Shown: positions 17,148 through 25,099 of the stretch, piece by piece
Numbering within the stretch: the first letter of the stretch is position 1
How the letters are laid out: each line of letters begins with the position of its first letter
DNA from: a virus
Strand: one strand, 5' to 3'
IMG/VR virus record: IMGVR_UViG_3300008213_000001
DNA length: 36,610 nucleotides
Notes under the pieces: generated by a model
What the model saw: only the letters and a program-made list of their open reading frames with translations
What the model was told of the DNA's origin: nothing
The model's database searches: none
Translations under genes and position numbers: made by a program

Positions 17148-20066
17148 ATGGCAAACAGCACCGATAAGTCAATTTTAACCGCCGCAGGTAAGGCTCTGTT
17201 GGCACAGCTCAACGCAGAAGAAAAAGCACTTGTTATCGACAAGATGATTTTCGCCAATGTGCCAAATCGTCCAGAGTACCCACAACCAGATGATGTGGTG
17301 CCAACTGACCATATCGTTCACCAAGAACAAGTAGAGCAGCGCGGTCGCCTTTCTGCAGACTCGGTAATTTACAGCACCACGTTGACCAGTGATGTTGGTC
17401 CGTTCGAGTTTAACTGGACAGGTGCATACTGCTCAGAATATGGCGTATTGGTGACGGTTGACCATCACGCGCTTACACCTAAAACAGCCGATGAACCAGG
17501 TGTCGCAGGTAATACACTCGTACGCTCGGTTGTTCTCGAATACAAGGACATTGCCGAGATCACCAATATCACTGTTGATGCTTCAAGTTGGCAGTACAAC
17601 GCCACAGAACGTATGAAGAAGATGGATAGCGATGTGGCGCAATCCATCATCGACCAGAATGGTAAAGACTGGTTTATCGAAGACGGTTTCTTAGTAACGC
17701 CATCGGGCAGTGCATACAACATTAAAGCGGGGGCGGGTTATGTTTCAGGTAACCGTGTCGCTATGGAATTTGACCGAAGCGTTCAGGTACCAAACAAGCC
17801 ATCGTTTATCTACATCGACGCGCACCGTGAAGGCACACCAACAGCTGAGCAAGTGACCATATTCAACTTTGTGGTGACTGCAGAAGAAAAAGACGACTAC
17901 ATCGACTCTTCAACGGGTAAGGATGTGAAGCACTTCGTTTGTAAGATTGCGCAGGTGCTAGAAGATGGTTCGGTCAGTGATTTGAGACCCGAACCTGAGT
18001 TTAAACAATTAGCCAGGTCGCTAAGCGGGAATAAGTATTTTTACACGCAGAAAGGCAAGGCGTTTGACTCTAGTGAGTTGGTGGGGGACCCTTTTGCATC
18101 TTGGACACACGCTACTGTATCGTATGATGAGGAAACCGATGATTTCGTCATCGTATATAACACGAATACTGGACATAATATCAATACAAACTCGGTTTTG
18201 TTTCGTACAAAACCACAGTCTTCCGATGCATTTTCGTACCCGCAAGTAATCGCGTCTGATAAGGGGAATTATTCATACAAATGTCAGGCTTCAGGTATAG
18301 CGCTGAACGGTGATTATGTTGCTTTAATTGCTCGTCTTCCATGGGGAGGGGGTCAATCAGATGCGACCTATGTATACCGTAGTAAAGACAAAGGAGCAAC
18401 GTGGCAAAGAAGCTTGATGCAAAGTAAGGGAGAGACAATTGTCGCCTTCAATGGGGATGTTTCAGGGTTCCTAGTAACGCTAAGCGGAAGAATTCTAACG
18501 TTTGCCGTTGAGAGTGACAGTTACAAGTCAAGAATTTTCTATTCCGATGATAATGGAGAGAGTTGGGAACAATCATTTATCAATGGCTCACCTACTGACG
18601 TCACGGAGCCTGCTTGGTGTGATATCGGTGGAGGCCGATTATTATGCATTGCCCGTGCTGCAGTGCGAATGGGCACGACAGAAGAGGTTATTCCTGCAAA
18701 GTTTATGACGTCCAATGATAATGGCAGCACTTGGACGGAACCCAAAGACAGTAAATCAATTCGCAACTTTACGTTGTCAAATGGTGAAATGGTTCCAGAT
18801 TATGCATCTAAGACTGTGGAATTTATACATCACTCTAGATTCACTGAGGCTGATGGTTCATCAAGTATCCTGATTAGTCGGGCAGAGTTTGACAAAGCTT
18901 TTCTAGATCAGTTTTCTCAGCAAGTGCGAGTGGCAAAATTAGCAGCTTATATTCCGCTTGACGAATCAACAGGTGACAGTGGATATATTGGTGCCAAAAG
19001 AGCTAAAAATGGCGTCATCAACGCATTCTATTATACAGGCAAGCGAACAAGCGCGCAGATTAACTACCTAGTTGGCACCCCTGACTCTAGTGAAAGTGCG
19101 AATGACGCACTTATCGACTGGCGAACAGGTGAAAAAGTTACTCAAGGGAGTAATGAGAGCAAGGCAATTGATTTTACGCCAATCTATGAGAACGGTCAGT
19201 TTAATCCAAAATACCCATTTGCGTTAAAACGTGCATTTGCCCAGGGGAAAAGTCGATTTTCTTTTGCGTCAATTATTATGGAACTGGCGGGTTCACAAAA
19301 CCAAGTTCGAGAGAGTATTTCCACTGTGCGGAAAGTTGATTTCAGCAACGTTGAGTATGTCCAGTTGATGGTTGATTCATTCACAGGTGACGGTGACATT
19401 GGTGTCGCACTGTATAACACCCAAACGATAGATCACGACAACCCTGCAGAGGGAAGAATGTTTTTTTCTGCTACTTCTAATCACGGCAAGTTCATTGCAG
19501 ATACACGAGGGATAAATGGTGTGTACTATTTACACGTCGTGTTAACAGGACAAAGTGTATCTCGTGCGACGGTCTCCCAAATTGCTCTGAACTATAAGGG
19601 AGCAAATAGCGCAATCTATCAGCAAACATTTAATCGAGTTGCTTTCAAGAACGGTTATGGTTTTGCGGGAAGGGATGAGATTGTAGCAGGAGGTGATTTT
19701 GGGCAAGGGAGTGGTGACACCAATATTACCGGCTTTATTGAGCTTGGAGCTACAAGCTCGGTCGATGGCGTGAGAACGAGAACGTTGTGTTTTAATAATG
19801 AGGTTCCAGAAGGGGTAAGTTTAGTATCAGCAGATCTATCGTTCTTAAGAGATGAGGTTGGCTTTGATGCGGGTATTGCTTTGTATGAGACAAAGACTCC
19901 TATCGATCCAAAAGACGGAAGGTTGGATTACATCTTCGTAAATAACAATGGAACGGTTGTCCTAGATGTGCCGTCACAGAGGCCACTGTATTTGCATATC
20001 GTGGCAAATGCTTCAGGGCAATGGACGTCCAATATTGTTTATGTAGATAACGTCGTATATATGTGA
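17148..20066 (+). CDS. Tail fibre with gpH-like N-terminus, central BNR/Asp-box propeller-like region and duplicated C-terminal modules (972 aa)
   Basis: N-terminus ILTAAGKALLAQLNAEEKALVIDKMIFANVP...FEFNWTGAYCSEYGVLVTVDHH parallels the P2 gpH N-terminal region. Asp boxes are SKDKGATW (18381-18404), SDDNGESW (18543-18566) and SNDNGSTW (18711-18734). Confidence 0.85.
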   Translation: MANSTDKSILTAAGKALLAQLNAEEKALVIDKMIFANVPNRPEYPQPDDVVPTDHIVHQEQVEQRGRLSADSVIYSTTLTSDVGPFEFNWTGAYCSEYGVLVTVDHHALTPKTADEPGVAGNTLVRSVVLEYKDIAEITNITVDASSWQYNATERMKKMDSDVAQSIIDQNGKDWFIEDGFLVTPSGSAYNIKAGAGYVSGNRVAMEFDRSVQVPNKPSFIYIDAHREGTPTAEQVTIFNFVVTAEEKDDYIDSSTGKDVKHFVCKIAQVLEDGSVSDLRPEPEFKQLARSLSGNKYFYTQKGKAFDSSELVGDPFASWTHATVSYDEETDDFVIVYNTNTGHNINTNSVLFRTKPQSSDAFSYPQVIASDKGNYSYKCQASGIALNGDYVALIARLPWGGGQSDATYVYRSKDKGATWQRSLMQSKGETIVAFNGDVSGFLVTLSGRILTFAVESDSYKSRIFYSDDNGESWEQSFINGSPTDVTEPAWCDIGGGRLLCIARAAVRMGTTEEVIPAKFMTSNDNGSTWTEPKDSKSIRNFTLSNGEMVPDYASKTVEFIHHSRFTEADGSSSILISRAEFDKAFLDQFSQQVRVAKLAAYIPLDESTGDSGYIGAKRAKNGVINAFYYTGKRTSAQINYLVGTPDSSESANDALIDWRTGEKVTQGSNESKAIDFTPIYENGQFNPKYPFALKRAFAQGKSRFSFASIIMELAGSQNQVRESISTVRKVDFSNVEYVQLMVDSFTGDGDIGVALYNTQTIDHDNPAEGRMFFSATSNHGKFIADTRGINGVYYLHVVLTGQSVSRATVSQIALNYKGANSAIYQQTFNRVAFKNGYGFAGRDEIVAGGDFGQGSGDTNITGFIELGATSSVDGVRTRTLCFNNEVPEGVSLVSADLSFLRDEVGFDAGIALYETKTPIDPKDGRLDYIFVNNNGTVVLDVPSQRPLYLHIVANASGQWTSNIVYVDNVVYM

Positions 20067-20077
20067 GGATGGTATTA

Positions 20078-20614
20078 ATGCTAGCCCTAAACGGCATTCA
20101 AATCTCACTCACCAACCTGCGCATTAGTGTTCGCCAACAACTCGCCGGACAAGATATGTCCGGTCAGTCCTCGGCGACTGACCAAGCGGAAACAGGTAAC
20201 AAGGGCAAAGTGTTAGCGGTGAGTGGCATCATCCCTTTCAGTAAACCTGAGATCCTGAGCAACCTTTTCAATATGGCAGGTGGGCAGCAAGAAAGCGCCC
20301 GCCAAATCTACCGCATTAGTAACAAAACCGCATCGACACTCAAAGTTCGTGAGGTCAAGTTTCAAGGCACTATTCGTGCCGATGAACAAGAAAGCCTGAG
20401 GCAATGGAGCGTTGCGTTTGAGTTGGTTGAGCATCTTTCGGTACCGGAACGAGTTGAACAACGTCAACAAGACCAACCTGCAACACAGCAGCAAGTCCAA
20501 GGGGTAACCACTCCGGTTGAAGCTGGACAGAGTGAAGACGTACCACCGGACACAAGTATTGAGTTAACAGGTGTAATGAAAGTGCTCAAGTCCATTGATG
20601 ATGCTTTGGCTTAA
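20078..20614 (+). CDS. Tail/baseplate-associated hypothetical protein (178 aa; alternative starts 20063/20069)
   Basis: ORF in the late operon after the fibre gene. GAGGA lies 8 nt before ATG 20078. No motif recognised. Confidence 0.5.
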   Translation: MLALNGIQISLTNLRISVRQQLAGQDMSGQSSATDQAETGNKGKVLAVSGIIPFSKPEILSNLFNMAGGQQESARQIYRISNKTASTLKVREVKFQGTIRADEQESLRQWSVAFELVEHLSVPERVEQRQQDQPATQQQVQGVTTPVEAGQSEDVPPDTSIELTGVMKVLKSIDDALA

Positions 20615-20623
20615 AGGTGACTC

Positions 20624-21313
20624 ATGACAGTAAACAACAAATTCACGTGTCGCGCTTATCTCGGTAGCCAAAAGGTAAAGACGAAAGACCACCGTGTTCT
20701 TTTTGATGTGAACACGCCAGCTCGTTGCTCCATCAAAGTGGAAGGCTCACCGAAAGTGAATACTATCGTTGCGGTCGATATCGGCTGGGGTGACAGCATA
20801 TCACGTGTGTTTCTTGGGTATGTAGAGAGAGTCCAACCTGCTGAAAAAGGATGGTCAGAATTATTTTGCCGCGAACTTGCGGCATTACTTTTCAAACCAC
20901 TTGATGTCACGCTGAGACACCCAACCTTGATGCAGCTACTGAGTGACGTAACCAACAAAACGGGGTTGCAGTTCGTGGTACCAGAAGCAGCCTACAGCAA
21001 AACGTCAATCCCTTGCTTTTACAGTGACGGCAATGGTTACCGTGTCATGGATGAGTTAGCCCAAGCATTCGGCATAGACGATCTGTTTTGGCAGCAACAA
21101 GGCAATGGTCAGATTTACGTGGGAAGTTGGAAAGATTCATATTGGGCTGATAAGCCGGTTAACATCCCAGATAATTTAATGACCAACCGAACAGCGTCAA
21201 AATCAGTGAAAGTCCCAGCCATTCCAAAACTAAGACCCGGCGCGATAGTCAATGGTCATCGTTTAGTTGGCGCAGACTTCCAAGGGACAGAGGTAAAACT
21301 AACATGGATGTAA
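20624..21313 (+). CDS. Baseplate hub-like protein (229 aa), putative
   Basis: Position next to the spike-like gene. General gpD/gp27-like N-terminal pattern (VAVDIGWGDSISRVFLGYVERV). Weak. Confidence 0.4.
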   Translation: MTVNNKFTCRAYLGSQKVKTKDHRVLFDVNTPARCSIKVEGSPKVNTIVAVDIGWGDSISRVFLGYVERVQPAEKGWSELFCRELAALLFKPLDVTLRHPTLMQLLSDVTNKTGLQFVVPEAAYSKTSIPCFYSDGNGYRVMDELAQAFGIDDLFWQQQGNGQIYVGSWKDSYWADKPVNIPDNLMTNRTASKSVKVPAIPKLRPGAIVNGHRLVGADFQGTEVKLTWM

Positions 21314-21999
21314 AAGCGATTCAGCGCATCATTTTTCGTTTGTTCCCAGAACTAACCGGACGATGGCATTTGCCTCGCTGGGGAAAGGTGGTCGCATTAC
21401 CAGAGCTGCCAGAAGAGGGTGACATATCTGATCGCTTTTATCCTCATTACGCAGCGGATGTTCAACTGTTGGATGAAAGGGGCGTGGAGTTCAAGAACAA
21501 AGCACCACTTCAAGCGGTGCCGTTACCGATACCAGGTGTTGGTGAGTATGCAGGAAGACTGGAACCACCTGCGATCGGCAGTATCGTAGAAATTGGGTTC
21601 ATGTTCGGACAGCCAGACAAACCTTTTATCCGTTGTGTTCTTCCGCTTGGGTTTAGGTTACCTGGTATCAAAGAAGGTGAAAGCCGATACCAACAACGCC
21701 AAGGTGTTTATCAATTAGTCGATAAAGAAGGCAACTTTGAACGTAAGACCGACAAAGACGAAATCATCGAATGCTTGAATAAACGGGTGCAAGTATTGGA
21801 AGACCAGATTGTTCAAATCAACAACAACCACACGGAAGTCGTCAAAAACCTAAAGTCCACGTCTGCAAAGAAAATCATTGAAGTGGCTGATCTCATCACC
21901 ATGAACGGCGGCACTGGTGTTTGCACTGGGCAAACTATTTGCCCGTTCTCTGGCAAGAATCATGTGGATGTATCTAAAACAGTTAAGGCAGGTAAGTAA
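21304..21999 (+). CDS. Baseplate central spike (gpV/gp5 OB-fold-like, 231 aa)
   Basis: PPAIGSIVEIGFMFGQPDKPFIRCVLP matches the P-x-x-G-d-x-V-x-v-x-F-x-x-G-d-x-x-x-P-x-I block of gpV/VgrG-type spikes. The C-terminus contains GTGVCTGQTICPFSGKNH. Confidence 0.6.
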   Translation: MDVKAIQRIIFRLFPELTGRWHLPRWGKVVALPELPEEGDISDRFYPHYAADVQLLDERGVEFKNKAPLQAVPLPIPGVGEYAGRLEPPAIGSIVEIGFMFGQPDKPFIRCVLPLGFRLPGIKEGESRYQQRQGVYQLVDKEGNFERKTDKDEIIECLNKRVQVLEDQIVQINNNHTEVVKNLKSTSAKKIIEVADLITMNGGTGVCTGQTICPFSGKNHVDVSKTVKAGK

Positions 22000-22000
22000 C

Positions 22001-22198
22001 ATGGCAATGGGTAAAGAGTCACTCAAACAAAAGTTAGAAAATGAATTGGAAGCACAAGGCTTTGTCCTTACTGGTGAATTCGCAATGGCAGGCAAGATGG
22101 CTGAGGCGATTGCCAATGCTGTGTATGATGAAATCACACAGAATGCCAAAGCAGATGTCACAAGTGGTAGCTCAAAAGGACAATATTCAATCATCTAG
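22001..22198 (+). CDS. Small hypothetical protein (65 aa), last gene of the late operon
   Basis: ATG 22001 lies 1 nt after the spike stop. Followed by a strong terminator. Confidence 0.5.
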   Translation: MAMGKESLKQKLENELEAQGFVLTGEFAMAGKMAEAIANAVYDEITQNAKADVTSGSSKGQYSII

Positions 22199-22217
22199 AC
22201 AGTATTAAAACCACGCC

Positions 22218-22247
22218 AAAGCGCCCATAACGGGCGCTTTTCTTTTT
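22218..22247 (+). terminator. Rho-independent terminator of the tail operon
   Basis: AAAGCGCCC-ATAAC-GGGCGCTTT 9-bp stem followed by TCTTTTT. Confidence 0.85.
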
Positions 22248-22896
22248 GTCTGAACATCGAACGCAATCCAAAACACCGAACGTCTGAGTAGCAACCGAAA
22301 CGCTGAGCCACGTAAACGACCCTTTCGGTGACGTAATCCGCACTCCTCCTCCCCACCTGCGCGCTTTTCGATCTGGTTTTTTCGCAATTCTCAAATGTCG
22401 AAATATGCCTACCCGTGTGGCACGCTCGGTATCAAGCGAAGCCTTAGCCATAGCGGGGTTCGAGAATCCCGCAGACCTCTAAAAATCGCTACTGGGGCCG
22501 TTTTATAGATTTCAAAAGTTGAAAAGATTTTCAGGAAATTGCAATTTTAATGATCTGGAAAGATCAGGTAGTAATTAGTAAGTGTTTGAAAATCATAGGG
22601 TGAGTGTGTTTTTCGTCATAAATGAAGACGATCAAAAGAAGAAAGGGGCGATCAATGGTGATGCTTACGAAGCCTTGTATAGATTGGCTTGAAGGCGAAT
22701 TGCCAAGATAAATAAGTTTTTCAATTTATGAGACTGTATAATTACTTTGAGATTTTGAAATGACTTTGAAGTTAACAGTAAGAAATTGCTGTTTTCGTGG
22801 GGAGTGCGTGAGAAGAGCCAAAGCCTGCTTTTTTGCCGGATTTGTCGGACAGCTTCTTAACTTCGAAGTCCAAACCAAGCAATTAGATTTAAATGT

Positions 22897-23122
22897 GTCG
22901 CCACTTCATCGCCACTTAATGTTTTTGTTTGATTTAACTAAATGATTTTAAAGGTTTAATTATTAAAGTGGATATAAAGCTTTATTATGTATCGCAGTCC
23001 TTAGAAATCCCTTCAACCATTGCTGCTCCTTGTTATATAAAGACTTGTTCAATCACATCAATCTGGTGATAATCTATAAATACCGACAAAAACTGACCTT
23101 TGCCGCCACTTTGTCGCCATTA
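22897..23122. other. Candidate attP region with two tandem pairs of a GTCGCCACTT-like motif (putative integrase arm sites)
   Basis: GTCGCCACTT 22897-22906, ATCGCCACTT 22908-22917, GCCGCCACTT 23102-23111, GTCGCCATTA 23113-22122 region (23113-23122). All are in the same orientation, with 11-bp spacing within each pair and about 205 bp between pairs, in an AT-rich non-coding region between the tail operon and the int side of the genome. Confidence 0.4.
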
Positions 23123-23252
23123 TTTCTTACCGTGCGTACTCTATTTTATTTCATGACATTATAAATTGTATTTGAAAAGGCTAAGTAATGTACAAGCGTT
23201 GGTCTCTGTTTGAAGAAGGAACAACTGGAAGGACATGAACTACTTGTTCTGC

Positions 23253-23279
23253 AAGAAAAAGAGCGGAACTAACCGCTCT
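23253..23279 (-). terminator. Rho-independent terminator downstream of the deaminase gene
   Basis: On the minus strand: AGAGCGG-TTAGTT-CCGCTCT followed by TTTTTCTT. Confidence 0.75.
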
Positions 23280-23287
23280 ATTAGAAA

Positions 23288-24952
23288 TTAATGCGCCATT
23301 AACGCATTTAGTTCGTCTTTATACGCTGCGATTGGTGTATATAGGTTGTGAAAGGCTCGTCCAATAGCTCCATTAAACAGAACCATTTCCGGTTGTTTGT
23401 GTTTTAAACCCGATGTCAGTATGTGATCAAAAGATATTCCAGGATATGGATCAATATAGAAAATCTTGGTCATACCTAGCTGATAAGCTTTTTTTGCACA
23501 TAATTCACAAGGACTCGCTGTCGTGAATAGAAAGCCACCCTCTACTCCACTCCCACCATCTTTTGATATCTGTAAGAAAGCATTTTCTTCGGCATGTAGT
23601 GATCTAGTATGAACTTGGTTTTTGTCTTGTTTGATTGCATTGTATTCTGATTTAAAACAATACGATAAGTTATAGCCTTTTTTCTTAATAGGCTTTAAAG
23701 CTTCAAATTTAGCTATCATATGCTCTTGAAACTCACTGTCAGTAAGTTCGAAAGGGCTATAAGCTTGTTCGTCGCGCTTCTTATTTAAGTCTTGAGTCGA
23801 ACGCAGGTTACATGGAACTTGACCAAAAGGAGCATCATTCCAACCAACAGATTTGATAGAAAAATTATTTTGTGTGACAACAGCACCTACTTGACGTGAT
23901 AGGCACCCGGAGTTTAATTTAGACGTATATGCTACTTGCATACATCGTTCTTCAGCGCTAGGAGTTATCAACCCGGGCTTTTGAGCTAGGGAAACTAATT
24001 TTATTATTTGGCTGGTGAGGAGTTGATGTGATGAATAGCTATCAGCCTTGGCATTACTATCCATATAAACGTCAGCTTTTTGGAGGCATCCTTGAATATC
24101 TTGATCGGTAAAGCTTTTTTCATCGTCAAAGTCTAATCTGGCATACTCGACTTTATCTATAGTGTCTATACTTTCGTCAGACAATCCTTTGGCTCGCAAG
24201 CGCTCCTTTCGAGTATCTTCGTTACAAGATATTGCTAACAAATAAAATGAAGCAAAACGCTCTTGAAAATAACTGGCCTCAAGTGGATTCCTAATAGCAT
24301 CAATAGCAATATATGTGTTTTGTTTCAAATCTTTACATTGTTGATGGATTTGCTTACAAGCTTTTTTAATTCGGTCTGCAATAGAAAAAAACTTTCCATC
24401 GACCATAGTAGAGTTGGACACATTTCCAGATCTACGGGCATTCTTCCCCATGAGTTGGTATAGCTTGATAAATATGGCTTCACCAAGTTCTTTACGTATT
24501 TTGGCTGTTGTTTCGTCTAAAAAGTCGACATAGAAATTTCGCTTATCTTGCTGTTTTATTCTTTCAGCTAGTTCCTTTTGGTAGGTGAGAAATAAACAGA
24601 TGTCTTTGTCTCGTATTGCTTCTTGATTTTTAAGAAAGCGCTCCAGCTGTTCAGGAGTGAGTGAATCTAATAGCATTAGCGTTAGAATTGAGCTAACACG
24701 CAGGTGTATAAAAGGTTGCCAATTTTTTTTATAGAATTTGTTTAGAATTTTTTCTTTTCGTTGCTTATTATTATCTGGAGTGTTGCCAGTGAAAAAACTA
24801 TGGCTTAAAGCACTTTTCTCTGTTGCTAATATTTTTGCTGCTGTTGTACTTCCACTTCCTGTTCTACCAGTCAGGCCTATAATGATAAAATCTTCGTTCT
24901 TACTGTAGAGTTTTTCCAATGCAGAGGATAAGTATTCGTTTTTATTACTCAT
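23288..24952 (-). CDS. P-loop nucleotide-kinase-like domain fused to a dCMP/dCTP (cytidine) deaminase domain: AvcD/DCD-type anti-phage deaminase (554 aa)
   Basis: Walker A GLTGRTGSGSTTAAKIL at the N-terminus. Zinc-dependent deaminase signature HAEENAF ... PCELCAKK at the C-terminus. Architecture and size match the dCTP-depleting defence deaminases. Confidence 0.85.
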   Translation of the reverse strand: MSNKNEYLSSALEKLYSKNEDFIIIGLTGRTGSGSTTAAKILATEKSALSHSFFTGNTPDNNKQRKEKILNKFYKKNWQPFIHLRVSSILTLMLLDSLTPEQLERFLKNQEAIRDKDICLFLTYQKELAERIKQQDKRNFYVDFLDETTAKIRKELGEAIFIKLYQLMGKNARRSGNVSNSTMVDGKFFSIADRIKKACKQIHQQCKDLKQNTYIAIDAIRNPLEASYFQERFASFYLLAISCNEDTRKERLRAKGLSDESIDTIDKVEYARLDFDDEKSFTDQDIQGCLQKADVYMDSNAKADSYSSHQLLTSQIIKLVSLAQKPGLITPSAEERCMQVAYTSKLNSGCLSRQVGAVVTQNNFSIKSVGWNDAPFGQVPCNLRSTQDLNKKRDEQAYSPFELTDSEFQEHMIAKFEALKPIKKKGYNLSYCFKSEYNAIKQDKNQVHTRSLHAEENAFLQISKDGGSGVEGGFLFTTASPCELCAKKAYQLGMTKIFYIDPYPGISFDHILTSGLKHKQPEMVLFNGAIGRAFHNLYTPIAAYKDELNALMAH

Positions 24953-25099
24953 ATTAGTTAGTTTCCATTAATACTATTGTTGTTATGAGATTAATAATAT
25001 ATCCCTATGTCACATGTTGGTATGAGCCAAGCCACATATATCGTTAGATGTCTGAAAGACATATTAAATCTTTACTAAATGTTATCGATAGAGTGGTCT

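Noticed and set aside
22191-22451. 86-aa minus-strand ORF in the non-coding region after the tail operon
   Set aside because: It overlaps the tail-operon terminator hairpin, has no RBS, and has an Arg/Gly-rich low-complexity composition typical of a spurious frame in GC-richer DNA.
22453-22472. tRNA-like T-arm (GGGGTTCGAGAATCCC), considered as a tRNA gene or the tRNA 3' fragment of an att site
   Set aside because: The hairpin has a 7-bp stem and a 6-nt loop, not the 5-bp stem and 7-nt TTCRANY loop of a T-arm. I could not fold an acceptor, D or anticodon arm from the flanking sequence, and there is no CCA-proximal acceptor complement.
22760-22945. 61-aa plus-strand ORF in the attP-like region
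   Set aside because: No RBS, Cys/Phe-rich, and runs through the putative arm-site repeats. Most likely non-coding.
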